Assembly (NCBI GenBank): GCA_964016885.1
Contig: OZ024741.1
Span: 43,896,001-43,960,000 of the forward strand
Origin: Eledone cirrhosa
Taxonomy: Eukaryota
DNA: 64,000 bases
Reading direction: 5' to 3'
Below the pieces are notes generated by a model that had not been told where the DNA came from, ran no database searches, and saw only the letters and a list, made by a program, of their open reading frames with translations. The position numbers and the translations under genes were made by a program. Positions 22,918-34,606 of this stretch are shown one piece after another (within the stretch, counting starts at the first letter, position 1; every line of letters starts with the position of its first letter).

Positions 22918-25900
22918 TTACAGATATATACTCAGAGTAGGCCCATTCACTCGGGCCATTCTTGCTTCTCTCACCCATCATTCAACACAATGCTGGGAAG
23001 AGAGCACTTCCCTCTCTACTCTTATTTTCCTTTTCAAATGAAATTTGAAAAAGTCAATCAGAGCATCACCGAAGAGGTAAGTGCTCGTCTTCAGCCCTTT
23101 CAAACGTGTCCACCATACTATCTCTTTCACCATGGCCACCAGGCAGATAAAAACTGCCTGCCCTTCCCGGCTAAAGGAGGAGGGCGGGGCAATCTTCACG
23201 ATGGACTCAGATGATAGCCGGTCCGTCCTAAACGCGACAGCAGGTGTTCGACATAAACCCACAAGTCAGCAATTTTCGGACACTGGACGAGTGCGTGCAG
23301 GACGGTTTCGTCGCCCTGCGCGCATCTCGGACATGCCCGGCTGACGGCACCTCCATGCCTGTAGAGTTTATCCCGAACTGGCAAGGCTCCTCGGTAGCAC
23401 TGCCAGGCCAGAGATTTCTGGAAGTTGTCCATAGGCCCTGGCCCGAAAGTTCTTCCGAAGAGATTGGCTAGTTGATTTTCGTCGACGCCTAGAGTTTCCC
23501 CAAGTACGTCGTCGCTCTCCCCCTCCACTAATCCTCTATAGAACGCCGAGGTGGAGTTTCCACCGATCACATTGCCCGATTGGTCGAGGGCTGTGAGCGC
23601 CTGAAGACATTCCAGTCTCCAGGCGCTCCTTCTCGGTCTTCGCTTGACCCAGGACTGCAGCTCCGTCAAGGAAACGAGCTGGGGAAAAACCGCGTCTAGC
23701 AAACGGCGACCACACCTGATCACCGTCGAGGAAGAGGTGGAGATGTCGTAGCCTGAGCGCGTGCCTGCGCATCATCAGCCACGGCATGCCCAGCCCTCCA
23801 CGTAGCGGGTGTTGACAACAGATGGACCGCCTGACCATCGGAGCACGTCCCTTCCACAAAAAGCGAAAGAGCAAACGCTCCAGCGCAGTCAGGCGAGGCT
23901 TAGGACAAGGTACGACGGTTAGGCGGTAGCAGATGACAGACGCGATGTACGCGTTAGCCACCTCTGCTCGACCTTTCAGGGATAGCTTCCTCTCCGCCCA
24001 TTTCTGGGTGAGAGAAGCCACCCTGTCGTCACCTCGTCCCAGTTTTTGTCCGTCTGGAGGTCCGGACCGAACCAGACCCATAGCAATTTAACCGGTCCGT
24101 CCGTCCAGCGCCCGACGACGCTGTTGGACGGCATGGACCTGCCTCTCCAGGTGCCGAGCTGCAGGCCCACTGACTTTTCCTGGTTGATCATTGCTCCTGT
24201 CACCGCTTCGTATTCTCTTAGTGTAGTGCCGATCGCCTCGATGTGTTTGGCGTTCGACACCACTACGGTGACATCGTCCGCATATGCTGACACAGATCTT
24301 CCGCATCCTAGTTCGCGCGGGACTCCCCTCAACGTCTCCAGTTTGTGCAGTAATGGCTCGAGAGTCAATACATACAAGAGGGACGAGAGGGGACATCCTT
24401 GGCGGACCGAGCGCATGATGTTGAAGGGTTCCGACAGGTGACCGTTCACTCTCACCACGGAGCAGATGTCGCTGTGCATGGCAGCGATCCAGCCTCTGAA
24501 GACGGGCCCAAAGCCAGCCGCCCTCAGGACTGCCGCTAGGTAACGATGGTCGACCCTATCGAAAGCTTTCGACTGATCTAAATTGATCAAGGACCCACCC
24601 GTGCCAGGTTCCTTAGCTACCCTCTCTATGATGTATCGCATGAGGTGGAGGTTGTCGTGGATGGATCTGTCGGGAATGGCGCATGTCTGCGCCTCTCCCA
24701 CCAGACCACCAACGACAAGCGCCAACCTCTTTGCTAGCACCTTGGCCAAAATCTTGAACTCTGTGTTTAGCAGAGTTATGGGCCGGAAATTGTCTATGTT
24801 ATCCCCCTTGTTCGGATCCTTTCTCAGCAGTGCCACCGCTCCTCGGCTCACAGAACTGGAAATTCTCCCGTTCTGTTGCCAGTTGCAGTAGACGTCCGCC
24901 AAGAGGCCTCCGAACAAGTCCGGCATCTGTACGTAAAGTTCATAGGGCAGACCATCCAAACCAGGCGATTTACCCCTTGTGCAGCCAGTCATTGCCTCCC
25001 TTACTTCAGCGGCTGTTATCGGCTTTTCGCAACACTTCGCCTCAGTGGCCGAGAGCCGCGGCAGTCCGTCGAGGTAGACACTAAAGTCCATCCCTCTACC
25101 CGGCCCCCCGCTGCCCCCGAACAGCTGAGCGAAGTGTCGCTGAAAAGCTTCACACATTTGCCCGGGATCGAGTAGCATGCGCCCGTCGTGGTCCACCAAA
25201 GACCGGATCGTGGCTTTGTTGCCAAGACGCGCCTCCGCCACTCGGGCCCATTGAACGGCTTCGTCCCCTCGTGTCTGAGAGCACGCACCCTAGCTCTGAC
25301 AACGCAGCCTTCGTGCTTTGCATTGAAAAATTGGTCAAGGGCCAATTTCGCCGCAAGCACGTCGGTCGCAATGCCTATGCTAAGCGCCTCGTCTAATTTT
25401 CTAACTAGTTCTCCCTCTGCTCTATTTTTCTCTATTGCTAAAGCCTTACTAAACCTAATCGATTCTATTCTAATCGCTCTTTTCAGAGCAAACCACCACT
25501 TGTTGTTGACGATGGGCCCCGTCAACGCCCGCTTAACTAGTTCGCTAATCCGGTCTCTGTAGGCCTTGCGCGCTGGTAAGGACGCGTTTAGCTTCCAGTA
25601 GCCGGGTCCTCGTCTATGAAGCCTATCTAAGTCAAGCACACAGGTCACGAATTTGTGGTCCGTGTAGCTGACTATCTTGAATTGTGGACAGCCTATGCTA
25701 GACCTATCTATTTCCCTACAAAATACTCTATCTAGATATGATCTGGATGACCCTATGCGGTTTGTCCCAGTCCACATTGGCACATTCGGGAAATCCAATC
25801 GGTACCTGTCAGACAGTTCAAAACGCCTGAGCAGGTTGGTGAGGCTCTTGCACCCTCCACCCCTATCCGCTAATCCTACACAGTCCCAGCGTGCATCTAA

Positions 25901-26335
25901 GATCCCGTTCCAGTCGCCCACTAACACTGAAGAGCGGGACGTTCCAAGAAAGGTCTCCAGACGCCGGAAGAAATCAGGCCGCCCTGCTCCTGTCGGGGCA
26001 TAGACGGCCACTAGCCTGAAAGCTTGCCCGTCTCCGCTGGTCACGTCCAGCACCACCATCTTACCCTCTGGGTCCAGGAAGATGGCCCGTACGGCGAGAT
26101 CCAAACCTCTCCGAAAAAGCACAGCAACTCCTCCACCCGATCCAGGACGGCTGGGAGATGCGTACACATCGTAGCCGCCGAAGATCGGTGCGAAGGCCCG
26201 TGCTTCGGAGATTCTGGTCTCGCTGATGGCCACTACATCTATGTTTAGTGACCTGAGGTCGTTGAGCAGGTGACCCTGCTTCCATGACGACCCCAAGCCA
26301 CGCGCATTTATGCTGCCTATTCTGAGTGAGGTCAT
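22918..26335 (-). pseudogene. ORF2 of copy A: APE endonuclease, RT and C-terminal CCHC; frameshifted
   Basis: SINARGL, ISET, VYAP, GDWN, YLDR, TDH; KSPGLDG, FRPITLLN, DQSKAFDRVDH, RQGCPLS, YADD; CPRC..ETVLHALVQC. Split over several frames. Confidence 0.9.
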
Positions 26336-26639
26336 GTTTAAAATAGAGTGGAAAAGATGGGAAAGACCACTTACCGTACTTTTGGTAGAGGAGGGATGGT
26401 TTTTACATCCCTTTTCACTTGATCGTCTGGTGAAGGGACCGTTGAATCGTCCCTTCGGCTGGTCGTCGGCTCTTCTAAGAGAATGTCTGAATATACTCTT
26501 CAATTGATGGTTCCTCCTAGGTCCCTGAAATCACCAACTGCGTTGGGGAATTTCGTTTTAATGTTTGTGTATGTTTCTGTGCTATTTTTAGCAGTCTTAT
26601 GTTAGTTGGCGTTTTGATTGGTGCTGGTATTATGTAGTC

Positions 26640-28466
26640 CTATTGTGAAATGTCTGTGTGTTCAAATATGTAAATCATTAGTTTCTTGTTGTGTGTGTTT
26701 ATTGCCGTGCATTTGTTTTTCTGGGGGTGGGGTGTGGTTCTGCTATTTTCTTGTCGTTGTTGCTGGGTGTGTGTGTTTTGTTGTTGTGTTTGCGATGTTG
26801 TTGCTTGTGGTGGTGGTGTTGAAGGTGTTGTTGGCGGTGGGGTTGTCGCCGGTGGTGATGGTGGTGCTGGTGTGGGTGGTGATGGTGTTGGTGGTGTTGC
26901 TGCTGTGGGTCTCTTTGCAGTAGACTTTACCCTTTTCTCATTTCTTTCCTCCCTTTTCAAAGGCGACGATGCTCTGCTTCTGCGTTTGTGCCTTCTTGCG
27001 ACCTTTTGCCATCCCTCTCCCACCTCACACTCCATGTCTGATTCTGTGAGGTCGGGGAGGGGTACCAGCTCCACTCTTTCACTTGTTGTTGTTGGTGATG
27101 TTTGCACTGGAGTCTCTGTTGCAGCTGCATTTGGTATTGCTGTTGTTGTTGTTAATATTTCCACTGCTGCTGCTGTTTTTGATTTCCGTGGAGTGGGTAT
27201 GGGTGCCACGGACCTATCGTTCCTGGTTGCCGCTTGTCCTGTTGCTGGTAGCCGTGGAGCCGGATTCGGAAGGAGGGGGGTTTTCTCCTTTCTCAGGGTC
27301 TTCTCGTTGCAGAAGGCCGTGAGGTGAGTCTTCGATCCACAGCGAAAGTATTTCGGGCGTTTGCCCTCAACACTTATGGGCAGTTGAGTGCCGTTATCGA
27401 AGTCTATCACATCCGGGATAGCTTCGATGCACTCCTGGTTGGTTTGGATTAGCATCTCAATTGAGGAGCCGACCCAATCTTCTCTTACTTTTTTCTGTAC
27501 TTGCAGTACAGTTGTTTTGTCCTCGATTCCGACGAGGACAGACGCGGCCAGCCAAGAAGGGGTCATTCCGGGGGGGACGTGGGTCAGTTTGACCCTCACA
27601 ATTTTTTGCCCGCAGTAGGAGGGCACCAACACCATTTCCTCGCTCCCTAGGGTCACTACTGATTGGGCCTTTGCCTCCTGGGGTGTGGCAAAAAGTACGT
27701 CTACGGTGGCATATTTTTTGCCTCGGGTGATGTGCGTTTTCCGCTGCCACACAGACCCCAAGGCTTTTTGTATTTGGGCCTCTGTGGCTCTTTCCACCCT
27801 ACGGGATTTTGTACTTACTGTACGGTACGTGACCGTACAGTGCTCTTGGGTTTCGAAACATTTTTCCGCTGCCTTGCAGATTGCTCGGTGTCCGTTCTTT
27901 GTCACCATCTTCTTCGCTTCCTCTAATTCCTCATTTGTTATGAGGATTGTTTCCAAGTTTTTCGTAATACCTGCAAATGAGATTGGTTTTTCTCTGTTGT
28001 TGTTGTTGTCGTCAGAGCTGCTGGTACTTTTGTTGTTGCTGCAGGTACTACGACTACTGCCTCCGCCGCTATTGCTGTGGTTGTTGTTGGTGTTGCTGCT
28101 GCTAATGCTGTTGTTGTTTATGCTGCTGGTGATGCTGTTGCGGCTGCTACTGTTGTTTTCATTGTCACTGTTGCTGTTGTTATTACGGCTGCTACTGCTA
28201 TTATTCCTGACGTCAGACGAATGAACTGGGTTTTCGTATTTCCCGCACACCTGTTTCGTCGCTGTCGTCGTCGTCGTGGAGAAACCTTGCACGCTTTGCA
28301 CGAGACTTTTCTTTTCTTTCGTCACTTGCGAAAGAGAAGGGAGGGAGAGAGACACATTTAAAGAAGGGAGGGAGAGAGACAATCTTCTCTCTGCTGTAGT
28401 GATGATTGAGGAAGAAGAAGACGGAATGAGTGGGAGTGACGTATGAAATTTCTTTTTCGTAGCCAT
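26640..28466 (-). CDS. ORF1 of copy A (608 aa; low-complexity ends, degenerate zinc knuckle)
   Basis: Open 608-aa ORF upstream of ORF2. VEGKRPKYFRCGSKTHLTAFC has the first Cys replaced by Tyr. Homologous to ORF1 of copies B, C and D. Confidence 0.8.
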   Translation of the reverse strand: MATKKKFHTSLPLIPSSSSSIITTAERRLSLSLPSLNVSLSLPSLSQVTKEKKSLVQSVQGFSTTTTTATKQVCGKYENPVHSSDVRNNSSSSRNNNSNSDNENNSSSRNSITSSINNNSISSSNTNNNHSNSGGGSSRSTCSNNKSTSSSDDNNNNREKPISFAGITKNLETILITNEELEEAKKMVTKNGHRAICKAAEKCFETQEHCTVTYRTVSTKSRRVERATEAQIQKALGSVWQRKTHITRGKKYATVDVLFATPQEAKAQSVVTLGSEEMVLVPSYCGQKIVRVKLTHVPPGMTPSWLAASVLVGIEDKTTVLQVQKKVREDWVGSSIEMLIQTNQECIEAIPDVIDFDNGTQLPISVEGKRPKYFRCGSKTHLTAFCNEKTLRKEKTPLLPNPAPRLPATGQAATRNDRSVAPIPTPRKSKTAAAVEILTTTTAIPNAAATETPVQTSPTTTSERVELVPLPDLTESDMECEVGEGWQKVARRHKRRSRASSPLKREERNEKRVKSTAKRPTAATPPTPSPPTPAPPSPPATTPPPTTPSTPPPQATTSQTQQQNTHTQQQRQENSRTTPHPQKNKCTAINTHNKKLMIYIFEHTDISQ

Positions 28467-28658
28467 GTTGTTTTTTGTTTAAAATGAAATTTTGGGTACA
28501 AAACCCCAATAACTGGTTATTTAACCCCGAAGGGCCAAATAACGGACAGAAAGAAACCTCTCAACAATTTGGTTCAAGTTTTAAACAATTTACAATTGTT
28601 TTAACGGTTAAAAATTACTATACCTTACAGAGCCGAGCCTCCGTCAACCATGGCATTC

Positions 28659-28690
<32 letters not shown>

Positions 28691-28965
28691 TTTCATTTAT
28701 TAGCCACAAGGGCCGACATGTAGGGGACAATACAAAGACAGGGACAGTGGGGGTTTACAATAAGTTCGAGTAAAAGTGCACAATGGCAAGACTAATTTAA
28801 CAATGAATATATGAAAATATAAAATAAACTATGCAACATATAACAAAATAAATTCCCCGATAGGGGATGGACGACCCTGGGGTGATTCGGGTACCCCACC
28901 AATCCTGAACCACCCTGCGCTTCTAGGGCACCCAGGAGAGCACCCCTCTCTCCAAGTTAGCCAGC

Positions 28966-31900
28966 CTATAGGCGCATGGTCAGAGTAGGCCCATTCACAC
29001 GAGCCATTCTCGCCACATTCACCCACCTTTTAGCAAATGTACTGGGGGGCAGCACTTCTCTCTCCACCCTCACCCTCCTTTCCAGGTGAAACTTGAAGAA
29101 GTTGATGAGGGATTGGCCGAAGAGAAAAGTGTCTGTCTTTAGTCCTTTCAACCTGGTCCACCATATAATCTCTTTCGCAACTGCCACCAGACAGAGGAAA
29201 ATGTCCTGCTCTTCCTGACCTAAGGAAGGTGGCGGCTCGATCTACACTATGGACTCGGCCGATAACTGGATTCGTTCCACACACGACAGTAGCTGTTCGA
29301 CATAACTCCACAAGTCAGTAATGCACGGACATTGGACAAGTGCGTGCAGAACGGTTTCGTCGTTCTGTGCGCATCTTGGGCAGGTCCGTCTGACAGCACT
29401 TCCGTGCCTGTAGAGATTATCCCGAACCGGCAGTGCCCCCCGGTAGCACTGCCAAGCGAGGGATTTCTGGAAATTGTCCATCGTCCCCGGCTCAAAAGTC
29501 CTCCGGTACAGACTGGTCAGTTCGACTTCGTCGAGGCCCAAAGCTTCTCCGAGTGCGTCATCGCACTTGCACACCACTAATCCTCTATAGAACTCGAGAG
29601 TGGAAGTTCCACTGATCGCATTGCCCGCTTGGTAGAGGGCAGTGAGTGCCTGGCAACATTCCAGGTGCCAGTCACCCAGTCTCAGTCTCTTCTTGACCCA
29701 GGACTGCAGCTCAGTCAAAGAAATGAGCTGCGGAAAGGCCTGTCTGATAAACGGCGACCACACCTGTTCACCATTGAGGCAGAATATCTGGAGATGTCGC
29801 AGCCTCAACACATGTCTGCGCATCATTAGCCACGGCATGCCCAGCCTTCCGCGTAGAGGGTGCTGGCAGCAGATGGACCGCCTCACCAACGGAACTTGTC
29901 CCCTCCACAATAATTTGAAGAGGAGCCGTTCCAACTTGACGAGGCGCGGACGGGGGCAAGGCACCATGGTTAGGCGGTAATAGATGACGGACGCGATGTA
30001 CGCATTCGCCACCTCCGCGCGACCTTTCAGTGATAGCTTCCTCCCAGCCCATTTTTGGGTGAGACTGGCTACTCTGCTCGTTACCCAATTATTTTCTACC
30101 TGGAGGTCTGGTCCGAACCAAACCCCGAGCAACTTTACTGGTCCGTCCGTCCAGCGCCCCACGACGCTGTTGGACGGCATGGGCTTGCCTCTCCAGGTTC
30201 TGAGCTGCAAGCCCACCGACTTTTCCGGGTTAAGTTTGGCTCCTGTCAACCTTTCATATTCCTTCAATAAGGTGCCGACCACCTCGATTTCTGAGGTGTT
30301 CGACACCATCACGGTGATGTCGTCCGCATAAGCCGACACCGCCTTTCCACGTCCCAGTTCGAGCGGGATGCCCTGCAACAGCTCCAGCTTCCGCAGTAAA
30401 GGCTCGAGAGTCAATACGTACAGAAGGGAAGAGAGATGGCACCCTTGACGGACCGATCGGGAGAGCCGAAATGGTTCCGAGAGGTGGCCATTAACCTTGA
30501 CCACCGAGCGTATGCCGCTGTGCATTGCAACGATCCAGCTTCTAAAGACAGGACCGAAGCCAGCTGCTTTGAGGACAAACTCCAGATACCGATGGTCGAC
30601 CCTATCGAATGCTTTCGATTGATCTAAATTGATCAGTGCCCCACCGAAGCCAGGTTTACACCCTACCCTCTCTATGATGTATCGCATGAGGTGGAGATTG
30701 TCGTGTATGGGCCTGGCTGGGATTGCGCAAGTTTGCGCCTCCCCAACCAAATCCTCGACGACAAGCGCCAATCTCTTTGCTAACACCTTGGCCAAAATCT
30801 TAAACTCTGTGTTGAGCAGAGTTATGGGCCTGAAGTTGTCTAATGTATCCCTCTTGTTCTCGTCTTTCCTTATCAGCGTCACCACTCCCCTGCTCACAGA
30901 ACTGGGAATACTCCCATTCTGCTGCCAGTTACAGTAGAGTGCTTCGAGGTGTTCGGAGAACAAGTCTGGCATATTTACGTAAAGCTCGTAGGGCAGGCCA
31001 TCCAAGCCGGGTGACTTGCGCCTCATGCAGCTGACAAGGGCGTCCTGAATTTCGGCTGAAGTAATCGGCCTTTCGCAGCGCTCAGCGTCGGCCATCGAGA
31101 TGCGCGGCAAGCAGTCAAGGTAGGGACTGAAATCCGCTACTCTCTCTGACTCGCCACTCTCCCCGAACAACCGAGCAAAGTGCTGGCGAAAGGCCTCACA
31201 CATCCGCTTGGAATCGCTTATCGCGTGTCCGTCTCGGTCCGCCAAAGACCGAATTGTGGTTTTATTACCACGCTGCGGCACCGCCACGCGGGCCCATCGA
31301 ACAGCTTTAGTTCCCTCGTTTCTCAGCGCACGCGCCTTAGCTCTGACAATGCAACCTTCGTGTTTGGCATTGAAGAAATGGTCTAATGCCATTCTTGCCG
31401 TTAGCACGTCAGTTGCGATGCCACTACAAATAGCCTCGTCTAACTTATCTACCAGCTCCCCCTCCTTTCTATTTTTCTCTAACGCTAGTTCTTTGCTGAA
31501 CTCTATCGAAGTTACTCTAATCTCTCTTTTTAGAGCCCCCCACCATCTGTTGTTGATGATCCCCCCTGTCAACTTTTGCTTAACAAACTTATTGACTCGG
31601 TCCCTGTAAGCCTTACGTGCCGGAAATGACATGTTCAGCTTCCAGTAACCCGGTCCTAACCTACGCGTTTTATTTAGGTCGACCGCACACATCACAAATT
31701 TGTGATCTGAATAGGCGACCGTTTTAAAAAGTGGACAGCCCACACTATTTCTATCTATTTTCCTAATGAAGATTCTGTCTATATACGATCTAGATGACCC
31801 CATTCGGTTGGTCCATGTCCATACTGGCACATTGGGGAAATCTAGTCGATACCTGTCAGACAGTTGGAACTGGCTGAGTAGGTGCTAGAGGCTTTTGCAC

Positions 31901-32382
31901 CCCCCGCTCCTATCGGCTACTCCCACACAATCTCAGCGTGCGTCTAAGATGCCATTCCAGTCCCCCACTAACAGTAAAGGGCGAGACGTACCCAGAAAGG
32001 TCTCCAGGCGCCTAAAGAAGTCAGGTCGTCCGGCCCCTGTAGGGGCGTAGGTGGCCAGCAGTCTAAAGGCACCACCTTCGCTACTGCTCACATCCAAGAC
32101 CACCAACTTACCGTCCGGGTCCCGGAAGATCGACCTTACCTCGAGATCCAGTCCTTTCCTAAACAGCACTGCTACCCCACCCCCCATTCCCGGCTTGCTA
32201 ACAGATGCGAAGATCTGATAGTCGTCGAAAATGGGGGCTAGTGCACGCGTGTCGGAAATTCTGGTCTCGCTTACGGCAATCACATCCATTTCCAGCGACC
32301 GGAGGTCGTTGAGCAGGCGACCCTGCTTCCAGGGTGACCCCAGGCCGCGAACATTTAAACTTCCTACTCTTAATATGGCCAT
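28966..32382 (-). pseudogene. ORF2 of copy B (APE-RT-CCHC), interrupted
   Basis: ORF pieces 31933-32382, 29242-31830 (862 aa with YADD) and 28966-29187. Confidence 0.9.
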
Positions 32383-32491
32383 ATTGGTAAGCTAAGAGAG
32401 AGGGAGAGGGAAGGTTTACTTACCTCCCGGGTCTTGTGAAGGTCGGGTGGTTCGACCTCCATGGTTGGTGGGGTTTCTTTTGGGAACCCCT

Positions 32492-34357
32492 TTAAAAGTG
32501 TGATGTGGGTTTCACATTCGGGTTTCCCACGTCTTGAGGAAAGCTCTCTCGAATTTCTTTGAAGGAATTGAGTGACATTCGGACCAGAAGCAAATCTTCT
32601 GGCACGCAAAATGTGCTCATTTCAAAAATCTCCCCCTCTGTTTGAATGTCCTCGCTTCGCGCTAAGAGGGCCATCAGTTTATCGTTGGCCCTTCTGACAA
32701 GCACGAAGTTTTTAACATTTTGTTGGTGTGGTTTTATTTGTTTTCGTTTTGGTGAAGGTGGTGGCGATGGTTTTGGTGGTGTTGTTTCGGGTATGTCTAT
32801 GTTTGTTGTAGGTGTGGTGTCTGCAATTTCAGGTATTTGTGTGTTTATTTGTACTTGTGTTTGTTTAGGTTGTTTGCGTTTCGGGGATTGTGGAGGTGGT
32901 GTCGATGTTGCTGATGGTGCTGATGTTATTGGGGAAGTGTCTGCGTTAGTGGTGTCTGTATTTTTTGTTGTGTGTGTTTTTGTGTTTTGTAGGGGCTTTT
33001 TTTTTTGTGAGTTTTCTCTGTTTTTTTGCACTTTTGGGTTTTCCTTCATCTTCGCTGCTGGAAGACAAAGGGTCTGTGTCTGTGAGTGTCTCTGTGTCTG
33101 TGTGTGCGTTTATTTTTTTTTTGTCTATGTATATAGTTGAGGGGGTAGGGGGAGTGGGAGAGCTTTCCTCGTTTTCTCCTTGGATTGGTTTTGGTGTTGG
33201 TGGTGATCCGGCTGCTTTTGATGTTGGTGTCCGTGTTTTTGTTGATGTTGCTTTTGGTGGTGGTGGTGGTGCAGCTTCCGTGCTGATACTGGCGTTGGCA
33301 ACAAAGGAGGTTTGCGACCCCCTGCATTTTTGCGCTGAGGGCAGAAGGCTTGAACATGCGTGGCTTCCCCGCAAACGAAGCAGCGTGGCCTTCTTCCGTC
33401 AATCATTAGTTGGATTGTTGTCCCGTCCTGCAGGCGGGCAAAATCTGGGATGTTATTTATATCCTTCGGTTTCATTTGGAGAAGAATCTCCAAATCCATT
33501 CCGGACCAGTCTTCTCTCTCTGTCCTTTTGATGTCCAGGAGGGTGGTGTCTGTCCCCTCCTCGATTACGCATCCCAGCAGCCACCATATGTTCATTCCTG
33601 GTGGGATGCTGGGAATGCGTACCTTCACTGTCCTTTTACCCATATAGGACGGATGCATGATAATGCGTTCCGTTCTGCAGGGGATCACCGAGTGCTTAAT
33701 AGCGAGGGCCTCGGTTTTGAACAGTACCGAGATGGTACCGAACTGTTTACCTCTTGCTTTGTACTCTATGTTACTTCCGATGTACTCCAAAGCAGCCTCT
33801 AACTCTGCTTGGCTCGCCAGTTCCACTGTTCGTGTCTGCACCGAAATACATCGAAAGAGCACCGTCCTCCTTTGCATGGCCGCTATTGCCTCGTCCGGGA
33901 TGGTCAGGTTTGCCCAGGACTTCTCCCGTTTAATTAGCCTCCACGCTTTGGCCAACTTTTCGTCTTTATCGCTAATATCGATATTCAATAAGCGCTTTGT
34001 TTTTGCTGCTGCTGCTGCAGCAAATGTGGTGTTTCTGATACTCTTATTGTTGTTGTTGTCATTCTTGCTGTTGCCACCGCCATCCTTGTTTACATTGAAG
34101 CTGTCGGTGTTTTTGTCGTTATTGCTCTGAGTTGTTGTTGTGGTGGTGGTGGTGGCGGTGGTGGTGATGTCGTTTTCAGATGATACTGCTGCTATGCCAG
34201 AAGGTTGTGATGGTAGCTTTTTAGTTTTGCCTTCACATTCAGTAGAGTGGATGACAGGCATGACTGTAGCCGTCGTAGTCGTGGTGAAATCTTCAGTGGC
34301 TGCCTTTAAACTTTTGACCTGAACGTTGTTTACCGTTTCAAGGTCGAAAATTTCCAT
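32492..34357 (-). pseudogene. ORF1 of copy B, frameshifted
   Basis: 410-aa piece with a CX2CX4HX4C knuckle, followed by Pro/Thr-rich pieces in other frames. Confidence 0.75.
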
Positions 34358-34606
34358 AATTTTCTTTTGGTGGGGAAGCGATTTTTTTTCGAAGATTTTA
34401 AAAATAAATCTGAATATTCGGGCTTAAAGCCCGAATATTGAGAGGTATCCCTCTCTTTAAATCAATATGTGTACCTTAAGTTTCGTTAATGACAAGAAAA
34501 TACAAAAAAAAGACACTTTAAAACAGCTTAAAGCTACGAAACTTTTCCCCCCGCAGAATTGTCTGTCTTCACACATGTGCGACCAAATAATAATAATAAT
34601 AATAAT

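Larger units (their letters stand above)
22668..28658 (-). mobile_element. Full-length Tx1-like (L1 clade) non-LTR retrotransposon, copy A
   Basis: ORF1 plus APE-RT-zinc-finger ORF2. 3' end AATAAAGAAATC(ATT)n; (TAA)n on both sides. Confidence 0.92.
28689..34585 (-). mobile_element. Full-length Tx1-like element, copy B (sister family)
   Basis: ORF1 33125-34357 plus 32492-33049 with CFVCGEATHVQAFC. ORF2 28966-32382. 3' end AATAAATGAAATC(ATT)n; (TAA)n flanks. Confidence 0.92.
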
